NCBI GenBank assembly: GCA_044440125.1
Contig: JBITAJ010000012.1
Location: 128,001-192,000, forward strand
DNA length: 64,000 nucleotides
Direction: 5' to 3'
From: Sedimentisphaeraceae bacterium JB056
GTDB lineage: Bacteria; Planctomycetota; Phycisphaerae; Sedimentisphaerales; Sedimentisphaeraceae
Shown here: in pieces, positions 8,534 through 17,380 of the stretch
Position numbering within the stretch: position 1 is the first letter of the stretch
Layout of the letters: every line of letters begins with the position of its first letter
Program-made: the position numbers and the translations under genes
The notes under the pieces: generated by a model
Told to the model about the DNA's origin: nothing
Seen by the model: only the letters and a program-made list of their open reading frames with translations
Databases searched by the model: none

Positions 8534-9499
8534 ATGGTTAAGTTTATCAAAGCGTATATAAAATCAATGAGACTCTATTATGCCTTCGTAACCGGTATAT
8601 CGGGATGGGTTGGGCTTTCTTTCTATAAGTTTCTTTATCCAGAGGATTTAACAGTTGCAAGGACTCTGCTGATACTTGGGCTTTTGTTTTTAAGTTGGGG
8701 GATAAACCAGATCGTCAATGATTATCTGGGGCTTAAGGAAGACAGGATAAACGCTCCAAATCGCCCAATGGTTACCGGTGAACTTAAACCACTGCCGGCA
8801 ATGATAGTTACGTGTATTTTGCTGCTTTGTATGATGGTGATATCGTGGATGCTTAATCCATGGTCGCTTATTCCTGCCTTAGCTGGTATTCTGCTCAATG
8901 TGGTTTATGAGTATTCCAAGGCATGGGGACTTACCGCCAATATTGTATTTGGCGTCATGATTTCAATGTGTACTGCATACGGATTTCTTGCCGGTGGCAA
9001 AATGCCAGATCCTTTGTTTACTACCAATCGAATATCAGGGTTAGTATTAATAGCTATAATTAATGGACTTATGACGTATTATACGTATTTCAAAGACCAT
9101 TATGGCGACAAAATGGCGGGCAAGAAGACTTTTATTGTCCGGTATGGGGTGAATGTTGGGCGGTATGTAGGTATCTTTGGTGCGTTTGTCTCCGCGATAG
9201 CGTTGTTGTTCTTCATAACTATAAACTGGCTGCCTGTGGAGACCATTCTTTATAAGGAAACGTTCGTTTTTTGCTGTATAGTGACGTTTTTTCTGCAATG
9301 CCGTACCGCACAGCTTTATTTTTCCTATCCAGAAGGTGAGCGGGCATATTTCAGTCTTGTTACAAACATAAGGGCATGCGTTGCCGGTCAAACCGCTCTT
9401 ATCGCAATATTCAACCAGACTCTCGCCCTTTATCTACTTGTCGCAAGTTATATTCTTATCGGTGTGTTTTTTGAACAGTATAAGGATGCCAAATCATGA
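8534..9499 (+). CDS. UbiA-family membrane prenyltransferase
   Basis: Multiple TM segments; NQIVNDYLGLKEDRINAPNRP and KDHYGDKMAGKKT motifs. Confidence 0.85.
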   Translation: MVKFIKAYIKSMRLYYAFVTGISGWVGLSFYKFLYPEDLTVARTLLILGLLFLSWGINQIVNDYLGLKEDRINAPNRPMVTGELKPLPAMIVTCILLLCMMVISWMLNPWSLIPALAGILLNVVYEYSKAWGLTANIVFGVMISMCTAYGFLAGGKMPDPLFTTNRISGLVLIAIINGLMTYYTYFKDHYGDKMAGKKTFIVRYGVNVGRYVGIFGAFVSAIALLFFITINWLPVETILYKETFVFCCIVTFFLQCRTAQLYFSYPEGERAYFSLVTNIRACVAGQTALIAIFNQTLALYLLVASYILIGVFFEQYKDAKS

Positions 9500-10764
9500 G
9501 ATACGTAACCGGTATATCAAAACTTCTGCTTTACATACGGATTGCCGTGGATGTTGCGATTCGATATATGTTCAGGATGAATCCTGTTCAATATGTGGTA
9601 TTTCTCCGCAGGGCATCAATATTGCTTTGCTGTTTCTGGCACAACAAAACGGTTAAGATGGCTAATGGTTATAAGCTCCAGCTTTATCTGCCGGCATATC
9701 CTTCAAAGGCGTTTTTCTATACGATAGATTCAAAATTGCTCCGCAAAAATCCAGGACCTGCGACAGTGGTTTACTCAATGACTAAGGCATGCAATTATAA
9801 ATGTCCGCATTGTTATCAAAGGTGTGATCAGGGAATTGATATGAGTGAGCAGGTGCTTGCCGAGACAGCGAGAAAAATTCATGAAGCTGGTGTTTCAATG
9901 TTTGATATTGAAGGGGGTGAGCCGTTTTTGAGATTTGAGAGGCTCAAAAAGATTTTTACTGTTCTTGATGAAGAAAGTGAGATATGGGTAAATACTCACG
10001 GCGGAGATGTGGCGGCGGCTCAGCTTAAGGAACTAAAGAGCATGGGGCTTTTAGGATTGATGGTTTCAATACATTCACCTCAGGAAAATCTACATGATGA
10101 ATTTACCGGCATTCCGGGTTCGTTCAAAAATGCTTGCCGGACGATAAAGATTGCCAGAGAGCTTGGACTTGCGGTAACTATTAACAGTGTGCTTTCCGCA
10201 GAGCAAATCGAGAGCGGCTTGCTTGATGATTTGATGGAGCTTGCTAAAAGTTTGGATTGCGATTTTGTTCAGTTGATTCATCCCAAGCCTTCTGGGTTGT
10301 GGCTATCGTGCGAAAAGCAGATACATCAAAGCGGTGAAGTTGTAAAAGCGGCGAGAGAAAAACACAAGCAATATAATTCACATAGCTTTAAAGATTATCC
10401 GGTTTTGATGGCGCAGGTTTTTGAAGAGGATGCTGATTGTCTGGGGTGTACTGCCGGAGGTGTCGACAGATTTTATGTTAATGCTGCCGGTGAAGTTCAG
10501 CCTTGTGAATTTTTGAATATATCTTTTGGGAATGTCAATGAGGAGAGTTTTGAAAAAATATTCGACAGGATGCGAAGTTGTTTTTCTGTGCCGTGCAGTC
10601 AGTGGCTTTGTTGTAGTAAGTCGCAGGAGATCGCTGCGATGATTGAAAAGTATCAGCCGGGTTCTACTCCGCTCAAGTGGCAATATACAAAAGAGCTTGT
10701 GAAAGATTGGAACAGAGGAGAGCCGACAAAACTTTACGGGAGATTGGGAGTGTATCAAAAATGA
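9496..10764 (+). CDS. Radical SAM protein with C-terminal SPASM/Twitch-like domain
   Basis: CNYKCPHC, EGGEPF, CLGCTAGG...YVNAAGEVQPCEF; ATGA overlap with UbiA. Confidence 0.9.
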   Translation: MRYVTGISKLLLYIRIAVDVAIRYMFRMNPVQYVVFLRRASILLCCFWHNKTVKMANGYKLQLYLPAYPSKAFFYTIDSKLLRKNPGPATVVYSMTKACNYKCPHCYQRCDQGIDMSEQVLAETARKIHEAGVSMFDIEGGEPFLRFERLKKIFTVLDEESEIWVNTHGGDVAAAQLKELKSMGLLGLMVSIHSPQENLHDEFTGIPGSFKNACRTIKIARELGLAVTINSVLSAEQIESGLLDDLMELAKSLDCDFVQLIHPKPSGLWLSCEKQIHQSGEVVKAAREKHKQYNSHSFKDYPVLMAQVFEEDADCLGCTAGGVDRFYVNAAGEVQPCEFLNISFGNVNEESFEKIFDRMRSCFSVPCSQWLCCSKSQEIAAMIEKYQPGSTPLKWQYTKELVKDWNRGEPTKLYGRLGVYQK

Positions 10765-11660
10765 TTCTTGTGATGTGTCCAAAAGCAAGATCTGGAAAAG
10801 GCAAAAAACTTTGGAGCAGCTGGCTCAAGATTTTTGATTCAGCAAACGCTGAATACAAAACGGTTGAAACTGAATACAGCGGTCATGCTTTTGAAATTGC
10901 CAGAGAGGCAGACGATACAGTAGTTGCCGCAGGCGGCGATGGCACAATCAATGAAGTGATCAACGGGGTGATGAAATCTTCCCGCGAAAAAGAGATGGGG
11001 ATTCTTTATTGCGGCACGAGCCCTGATTTTTGCCGTTTCCATAAAATACCAATACAGCCAAAGCAGGCCGCCGAAGCGTTGCTGAAAAAGAAAGAACGTT
11101 TGATTGATGTTGCAGAGATAGAATATACAAAAAACGGATTGAAAGAAAATGCTTTTTTCGGTTGCAGCTGCAACATTGGTATGGGAGCGATGGTTGCGGA
11201 ATTTGCTAATAAGTATCGCAAGTTTTTAGGTGATACCTGCGGGACGCTTTGGGGTGTGTTGCTTGCAGTGATGAAAAACAAAATGGTTGATGTTGAACTT
11301 ACCATTGATAATGAAAAAAAGAAATTGCCGCGATGCAATCATATTGTTATTTTGAAAAATCCGTTTATTGCTTCAGGTTTGAAATTGAATGTTGACATAA
11401 AACCTGATGATGGGCTTGGTGTTGTCATTGCGATAAATGATAAAAATAAATTACAGTTGCTCTCTATGCTACCTGGATTTTATAATGGTAATATCATAAA
11501 CGATAAAACAGTTTTGGTTCGTAAGTTTAAAAGTATTGATGTAAAGCCTGTGAACGGGATGATGGATGTAGAGTTTGACGGTGATCCTAAAGGGATGCTT
11601 CCTGTTAGAGTTGAGATTGTCAGCAACGCAATGAAATTAATAGGTGTAGAAGATGCGTGA
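10761..11660 (+). CDS. Diacylglycerol/sphingosine kinase family lipid kinase (YegS/BmrU-like)
   Basis: AAGGDGTINEVING, CGTSPDF (GTxNDF variant), FDGD; ATGA overlap at 10761. Confidence 0.85.
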   Translation: MILVMCPKARSGKGKKLWSSWLKIFDSANAEYKTVETEYSGHAFEIAREADDTVVAAGGDGTINEVINGVMKSSREKEMGILYCGTSPDFCRFHKIPIQPKQAAEALLKKKERLIDVAEIEYTKNGLKENAFFGCSCNIGMGAMVAEFANKYRKFLGDTCGTLWGVLLAVMKNKMVDVELTIDNEKKKLPRCNHIVILKNPFIASGLKLNVDIKPDDGLGVVIAINDKNKLQLLSMLPGFYNGNIINDKTVLVRKFKSIDVKPVNGMMDVEFDGDPKGMLPVRVEIVSNAMKLIGVEDA

Positions 11661-12606
11661 AGAAAATTTTATTGAAGATGTGATCAGCCGTTTTGAAAGA
11701 AGCAGTCAGCAGAAAAATAAACCGTTTACCTGCGATGCCGAGATTGTTGAAATCTCAGGAAAGTTCTGGGCTGTTACGGTTGATGAGTTTTCGCCGCAGG
11801 AAGATTTGTTTTTTGATACTGATGCGTATCTGCTTGGACAGAATCTCGCAACCGCGACTTTAAGTGATTTGTTTGCGTGCGGAGCTAAACCGCAATTCTT
11901 TCTGCATTCTGTTGTTGCCGGTGAAAAAATGGAGTCAGCTTTTTTTGATGGTTTAAATGATGTTCTTGAGCAGTGCGGGTGTTTCCTGCTTGGCGGTGAT
12001 ACCGGCGGTGGAGAATATTTCAGATACACCGCAATTGCGATGGGGCAAATAGAGAACGAAAAAATTATCAGTAGAGTGATGCCTTGCGATGAACAATTGC
12101 TTTGGATAACAGGCAGTGTTGGTGATGCGAATTTATCAGCCTTTTCTCAAAAATCAATGCCGCAGTTTGAATTGCGAATTGAAGAGTCTGAATTTATTGC
12201 GGCAAATGCGGCAAGTTGTATTGATACGAGCGGCGGTTTGATTGATGCGTTGTGGATGTTGAAAAAAGTTAATCCTGATATGAGATTTGAGATAGATGCG
12301 GATATGATTCCATTTGATATCAAGGTGAAGGAATTCTGCAAGGCAGCGGGATTGCCCCCGATGGCTTTTGCTTTTGGAGGTGCGGGAGAGTATGAGTTGT
12401 TGTTTACAACGCCTTACTCTGTGAAGCCGCCGTTTGCCGCAACGTGCATTGGTCGTTGCTGCAGCGATCAGGAAAGCGGTATATATATAAAGACTGATGA
12501 TAAGTCGAGAAGGATAAAAGATGCTCCGCCGTGCGGTCGTGAAATTAAAGATAAGGATGCGTATGTGAAAAAAATATTGGAGCAGGTTAATGACATCATC
12601 TGTTGA
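11653..12606 (+). CDS. Divergent ThiL/AIR-synthase (PurM) family kinase
   Basis: CDAE, VTVD, LSDLFACGAKP, LLGGDT, ITGSVG, CIDTSGGL, GGAGEYELLFT. Confidence 0.75.
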   Translation: MREENFIEDVISRFERSSQQKNKPFTCDAEIVEISGKFWAVTVDEFSPQEDLFFDTDAYLLGQNLATATLSDLFACGAKPQFFLHSVVAGEKMESAFFDGLNDVLEQCGCFLLGGDTGGGEYFRYTAIAMGQIENEKIISRVMPCDEQLLWITGSVGDANLSAFSQKSMPQFELRIEESEFIAANAASCIDTSGGLIDALWMLKKVNPDMRFEIDADMIPFDIKVKEFCKAAGLPPMAFAFGGAGEYELLFTTPYSVKPPFAATCIGRCCSDQESGIYIKTDDKSRRIKDAPPCGREIKDKDAYVKKILEQVNDIIC

Positions 12607-13810
12607 ACATAAAATCTTTTCTCCTCTTAAATTGAAGAATATAACTTTGCCAAATCGTTTTGTCCGTTCGGCAACTTATGAAGGTATGTCGGATTCCAAT
12701 GGTGTTGTGAATAAAAAGATTGGAGAGCTTTACGGCAAGCTTGCTCAAGGAGGAGTTGGGACAATAATAACCGGTTTCTGTTTTGTTTCAAAACAGGGAC
12801 GCGCTATGCAGCTATCGCAGGCAGGTCTCTATAATCAGCAGACAATGAATGCCTGGAAACAAGCATTAGAAATTTTTAGAGAATTCAGGACAGATACAAA
12901 AATATTCGCGCAGCTTGCCCATACGGGAAGGCAGACACTTTCTTCTGTTACAGGATGTGCAGTTGTTGGAGCTGGAAATAAAAAGAGCTTATACTTTCGT
13001 GAGAAGACACGAAAGCTTGATGCTGATGAAGTTCAATCCATTGTTAAAGAATTTGCCGACTCAGCGTTAATGGCAAAGCTGGCAGGTTTCGATGGTGTGC
13101 AACTTCATGGTGCGCACGGCTATCTGATTCATCAGTTTCTTTCACCCGAAACAAACAGGCGAAATGATAAATGGAAAGACGGGAGTTTGTTTCTGCTAAA
13201 TATCATAGAAAAAATAAAAAGCAAATGTGGTGACGATTTTCCTGTGCTTGTGAAATTAAGCTGGGCAGACGACAGGCAACTGAAGATTGATGATACCATA
13301 AAGACGGTAAGAAAAATCGAACAGCTTGTTGACGCCGTTGAGATAAGTTATGGCACAATGGATTTTGCGATGAATATTTTCAGGGGTTCGTGTCCGGTTG
13401 AAGTTGCTTTTAAAATTAATCCGATATTCAAAAATATGAGCTGGTTTTCAAAAGGTCTCTGGAAATATTTTATTGCTCCGCAATATTTGAAAAGATTAAA
13501 ACCTTTTACAGAAAATTACAATCTTGCTGCCGCGATGAAGATAAAAGAAAATACAAATGCTGAAGTTTTTTCTGTTGGCGGTTTTAGAAAATTAAGTTCG
13601 ATGAAGAATGCGATAGACAGAGGCATTTCTGCTGTCTCTCTTTGCAGGCCTTTTATATGTGAACATGATTTGATTCATAAATTCAGGAATGGTTCTGCCG
13701 ATAAATCAAAATGTATTAATTGCAATCTTTGTGCAGTACATTGCGATGGAGATTTATCATCGTCGACTTTACGATTGAATACAAAATGTTATTATCAAAA
13801 TAAAGATTAA
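12590..13810 (+). CDS. NADH:flavin oxidoreductase (old yellow enzyme family)
   Basis: NRFVRSAT, QLAHTGRQ, AGFDGVQLHGAHGYLIHQFLSP, C-terminal CINCNLC. Confidence 0.9.
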   Translation: MTSSVEHKIFSPLKLKNITLPNRFVRSATYEGMSDSNGVVNKKIGELYGKLAQGGVGTIITGFCFVSKQGRAMQLSQAGLYNQQTMNAWKQALEIFREFRTDTKIFAQLAHTGRQTLSSVTGCAVVGAGNKKSLYFREKTRKLDADEVQSIVKEFADSALMAKLAGFDGVQLHGAHGYLIHQFLSPETNRRNDKWKDGSLFLLNIIEKIKSKCGDDFPVLVKLSWADDRQLKIDDTIKTVRKIEQLVDAVEISYGTMDFAMNIFRGSCPVEVAFKINPIFKNMSWFSKGLWKYFIAPQYLKRLKPFTENYNLAAAMKIKENTNAEVFSVGGFRKLSSMKNAIDRGISAVSLCRPFICEHDLIHKFRNGSADKSKCINCNLCAVHCDGDLSSSTLRLNTKCYYQNKD

Positions 13811-13830
13811 TAAATTGAGGTAATGGGGAC

Positions 13831-15081
13831 ATGACTGTAGTGGTGAAAAAAAAGTTTGAGGATTTCGTGAATACGAAAAATCAGGATGTTTTCAGTAAGG
13901 CGTTCGAACTCAATGCTTATCTTCAGGAGAATCCTGAGAAGATGTTGTCGGGGCTTGGTCTTAAAATGCAGGGTCCGGCAGCGCCCAATACTGTTCTGCT
14001 TGACGATGCTGAGCATGAAGTGATAATGCTTGGCTCGAATTCATATCTGAATCTTACAACTCATCCCGATGTAGTGGCAGCATCAAAAGCTGCTTGCGAA
14101 AAATATGGTTATGGTATGGGTGCAGTGTCGCTTTATGCCGGAATCACAGAACTGCACCGTGAGCTTGAAATCGCAATCGCAGACTTTTACAGTACCGAAG
14201 ATGCGATTGTCTTTCCTTCCGGTTATGGAACTAATATAGGGGTTATCTCGGCGATATGTAATCACGATGATATTATAATCAATGATTCGGCAAATCACTC
14301 TTCAATTTTTGATGGCTCGGTTCTCTCCGGTGCAACGCTGAAAATTTATCTGCACAGGGATATGAAAAAACTTGAGCATGTATTGTCTCGAATCGATCGG
14401 AAAGGTCGCGGCGTACTGATTATAACCGATGGCGTTTTTTCAATGCATGGTGATCTTGCACCGCTTGATGAAATTGTTTCTCTTGCGGAAAAATATGATG
14501 CCAGAGTTATGGTTGATGATGCGCATGGAATTGGGATTGTCGGCCCCGGAGGTCGCGGCACTGCGGCGGCTTTTGGCGTGCGTGATAAGATTGATTTGAA
14601 TATTGGAATGCTTAGCAAAGCACCGGGAGGCCTTGGCGGTTTCTGTGCGGCTAAAAAAGAAATCGTCGATTATCTGCGCCTGTACGCAAGGTCATATTTT
14701 TTCTCCACAGCTCTTCCTGCTCCGATAGTTGCCGGTCTCTTGGAAGTGTTCAAGTTGCTGAAGGCAAATGCTGCCGGCCGTAATCAGTTGTGGGATAATA
14801 TTAATTATCTTAAAAGTAGACTGATTGCCGCCGGTTTCAATACCGGTGAGAGTGCATCGGGAATAATACCGATTATTGTAGGTGATGAGGTTGCCTTGGC
14901 AGGATTCCATCGCGACCTTATAGATAATGGTGTGTATACAAATATTGTAAGTTATCCTGCTCTTCGGCGTAAAGAGTCAAGAGTCAGGTTGTGTGTGATG
15001 AGTTCGCTCACAACTCAGCAGATGAATAAGGCTTTGAGTGTAATAATGCAGGCGGGGAAAAAATGGCAGATAATAAAATAG
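13831..15081 (+). CDS. Alpha-oxoamine synthase (serine palmitoyltransferase/KBL/BioF family, PLP)
   Basis: MLGSNSYLNL, SGYGTNIG, NHSSIFDG, DGVFSMHGD, DDAHGIG, LSKAPGGLGGF, FFSTALP. Confidence 0.85.
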   Translation: MTVVVKKKFEDFVNTKNQDVFSKAFELNAYLQENPEKMLSGLGLKMQGPAAPNTVLLDDAEHEVIMLGSNSYLNLTTHPDVVAASKAACEKYGYGMGAVSLYAGITELHRELEIAIADFYSTEDAIVFPSGYGTNIGVISAICNHDDIIINDSANHSSIFDGSVLSGATLKIYLHRDMKKLEHVLSRIDRKGRGVLIITDGVFSMHGDLAPLDEIVSLAEKYDARVMVDDAHGIGIVGPGGRGTAAAFGVRDKIDLNIGMLSKAPGGLGGFCAAKKEIVDYLRLYARSYFFSTALPAPIVAGLLEVFKLLKANAAGRNQLWDNINYLKSRLIAAGFNTGESASGIIPIIVGDEVALAGFHRDLIDNGVYTNIVSYPALRRKESRVRLCVMSSLTTQQMNKALSVIMQAGKKWQIIK

Positions 15082-16058
15082 CTCTCATAACCGGAGCCGC
15101 AGGGTTTATCGGTTTGCATACTGTTAAGAGGTTTGTATCTGAAGGCTGGTTTGTTTATGCCGTGATTCATCGCAGGCAAAGCAGCAGGCTTGATGAACTC
15201 CAGCATCAGGGAAAGGTTTTGATCTTCAAATCAGATGTTACGGATTTTGAAGAGTTGAAACAGCTTTTCGAAAAATTGCCGGAGAAAATATCAGCGGTCG
15301 TTCATTGTGCCGGACGAGCAAGCGATATTGGACGGGCTAAAGAATTCAGGACAACTAATTTTGATTCGGTTCGTTATCTTGGCGAGCTTGTCAGTAGTTA
15401 CGATATACCGAGATTTGTTTTCGTATCAACAACCGATGTCTATGGTATGAGAGATTTTCACGGTGAGGATGAGTCGCAGCTTGATTACGCAGCCAGGCCT
15501 ATCAATAATTATCCTAAATACAAAATCTTGGCTGAAAAGTGTATAAAGGATAACATGGCGCCAGAGAAATGGTGCATATTGCGACCGGCGGCTGTTTGGG
15601 GATGCGATGATCCTACGATGACCAAACGTCTGCGCGATTTTTTTGCTTCATCACCCTTTATTATTCATTTCGGTAAATGGAAGGGACAAAACAGATGGCC
15701 GGCGGTTCATGTAGACTCCGTAGCAGATGCCTGTTATCTGGGAGCAGTTGCCGATGAGGCGGCAGGTGAGGAGATAAATGTCATTGATACGGAAAAAATC
15801 AGCGTTGATCAATTCTATAGGCGAATTATTAAGCAGTATTTCCCTGACAAGAAGTTTTACAAAATCTGCTTGCCTTTCTGGGTTGGCTGGTGCGCTGGTG
15901 CAGTTGTGAGCGGTATATCAAATTTATTCAATTTATCTACTCCGATAGCTGATCCATCCCTATATGCCGCATATTCTGTGAGCAGTAATCTTGATTTCAG
16001 CGGTCAAAAACTCTTGAGAATTAAAAAACGTTACGAAAATCGCAGAAATGCGCATTAA
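15063..16058 (+). CDS. Extended SDR, NAD-dependent epimerase/3-beta-HSD-like reductase
   Basis: TGAAGFIG, HCAG, VST, YPKYK (YxxxK), LRPAAVWG. Confidence 0.88.
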   Translation: MADNKIALITGAAGFIGLHTVKRFVSEGWFVYAVIHRRQSSRLDELQHQGKVLIFKSDVTDFEELKQLFEKLPEKISAVVHCAGRASDIGRAKEFRTTNFDSVRYLGELVSSYDIPRFVFVSTTDVYGMRDFHGEDESQLDYAARPINNYPKYKILAEKCIKDNMAPEKWCILRPAAVWGCDDPTMTKRLRDFFASSPFIIHFGKWKGQNRWPAVHVDSVADACYLGAVADEAAGEEINVIDTEKISVDQFYRRIIKQYFPDKKFYKICLPFWVGWCAGAVVSGISNLFNLSTPIADPSLYAAYSVSSNLDFSGQKLLRIKKRYENRRNAH

Positions 16059-16059
16059 A

Positions 16060-16092
16060 AAGGCTTTGAAAGCATTATGCTCTCAAAGCCTT
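16060..16092. terminator. Hairpin between convergent SDR and ferredoxin genes
   Basis: aaggctttga...tcaaagcctt inverted repeat. Confidence 0.6.
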
Positions 16093-16115
16093 GATGTTTT
16101 AAACTTATCTCTGGA

Positions 16116-16286
16116 CTATTCCATAGAGATAGCTTCAACTGGACACTCATCAACGCAAGCGCCACAGTCTACACATGTATCGGCATCGATAACTGCTTTG
16201 TCGTCCATAGAAATTGCTTCGCAAGGACAAGCGTCTACGCAAGCACCGCAACCTGTGCATGTTTCTGCATCTACTACTGCTGCCAT
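16116..16286 (-). CDS. 2[4Fe-4S] clostridial-type ferredoxin, 56 aa (not in ORF track)
   Basis: MAAVVDAETCTGCGACVDACPCEAISMDDKAVIDADTCVDCGACVDECPVEAISME; two CxxCxxCxxxCP; RBS GAAAGGA. Confidence 0.95.
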   Translation of the reverse strand: MAAVVDAETCTGCGACVDACPCEAISMDDKAVIDADTCVDCGACVDECPVEAISME

Positions 16287-16843
16287 AATAAATTTCCTTT
16301 CAAAAAAAGAATCATTCCATAAGGTTACATACTTTAAAATAAAAATTACTAACGTGATATATATAAAGAAATAGGCGATTATTCCAGTAAAAAATTGAGA
16401 ATTTAGTAAAAAAATGCACAGTTTTTGCCGGGGGGCTTAAGAGGTCTCGAAAGTTGAAAGCCATGACTAACAATTGTGTTTGCTTGTAACATTTATAAGT
16501 GGTTTACATAGCTCATTTAATAAAAATCCCAGATTTACATGAAACTGAATTTTAAGGGTTTAAGGTGCTTCATTTTTTTGATTTAAATTGTTACTTGAGA
16601 AATCATAAAATTGCAATGGATTATTGTGGTATTCATTCATTCGGAGTGGTCTGATATTATTTGCTTAATGTAAGCCGTACGCTGAAAAATGTACGAATAT
16701 GATATTTTGATTTTTTTGAAGGAATTGAGAACTTTTGAAATATTGGATTGAAATAAAGTTTTTTGTAAATTCTTAAATCATTCTTTAGGCGTTGTTTAAG
16801 GCTTGTTTTGTTAGGTTTTTGTTCGGGAAATATAAAATAAATC

Positions 16844-16872
16844 TTGAATCGATTCAGCTGTGGTGATAAAAT
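16844..16872 (+). promoter_or_regulatory. Sigma70-type promoter for the phage-like module
   Basis: TTGAAT (16844-16849), 17-nt spacer, extended -10 TG-a-TAAAAT. Confidence 0.6.
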
Positions 16873-16922
16873 TTGTTAGATAAATATATAACTTTTGGAT
16901 TTGTTAATTATTTATCTAACAA
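16873..16922. promoter_or_regulatory. Perfect 14-bp inverted repeat between promoter and RBS
   Basis: TTGTTAGATAAATA (16873-16886), 22-nt spacer, TATTTATCTAACAA (16909-16922). Confidence 0.6.
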
Positions 16923-16936
16923 GGAAAGGAGCGATA

Positions 16937-17380
16937 ATGTCCCGATTTAATGAGAATACGTGTTGTGGGGTCCAGAAGCATGCAGTTGTGGCTTGTCGTG
17001 ATGATATTGACCTTATCAGAATGCGTGCGGAGAGTGTTTTCAGCGGCAAACGGCTTGCAATGATCCGTCTTTATTTTGATCGCGGAGCGACATGCCGTGA
17101 AATTGCACAGATAGCTGGCAAGAGTGAGGGGCAGATATGCCGGATAATCAATTCACTTGTGAGGAGATTGAAAGATAGTGACTGCCTGTTTTTTCTGCGG
17201 CATCGGCAGCTTTTTTCAGTTTCCGAGCAGAAAATACTCTACTCAACACTTTTTGATGCTTTGAGTTATAGAAAAGCAGCAGCCAGGCACAGGTGCAGCA
17301 TTTACAAAGTGAGGAAAGCTGTTGAGAAGCTTGGTCGTCTTAAGAAAATAGATATATCAGGAGGATTTAATGGAGATTGA
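16937..17380 (+). CDS. Double-HTH protein (sigma-70 region 4-like)
   Basis: RLYFDRGATCREIAQIAGKSEGQICR and second HTH ALSYRKAAARHRCSIYKVRK; RBS AAGGA. Confidence 0.7.
   Translation: MSRFNENTCCGVQKHAVVACRDDIDLIRMRAESVFSGKRLAMIRLYFDRGATCREIAQIAGKSEGQICRIINSLVRRLKDSDCLFFLRHRQLFSVSEQKILYSTLFDALSYRKAAARHRCSIYKVRKAVEKLGRLKKIDISGGFNGD

Noticed and set aside
13831..15081. Biotin synthesis bioF or threonine catabolism kbl
   Set aside because: No bio or tdh genes adjacent and the context is lipid-modifying; gene symbol withheld because family members cannot be separated by eye.
16048..16374. 108-aa plus-strand ORF with internal repeat (STQAPQ twice)
   Set aside because: Antisense shadow of the minus-strand ferredoxin; the repeat mirrors its two CxxCxxC motifs.
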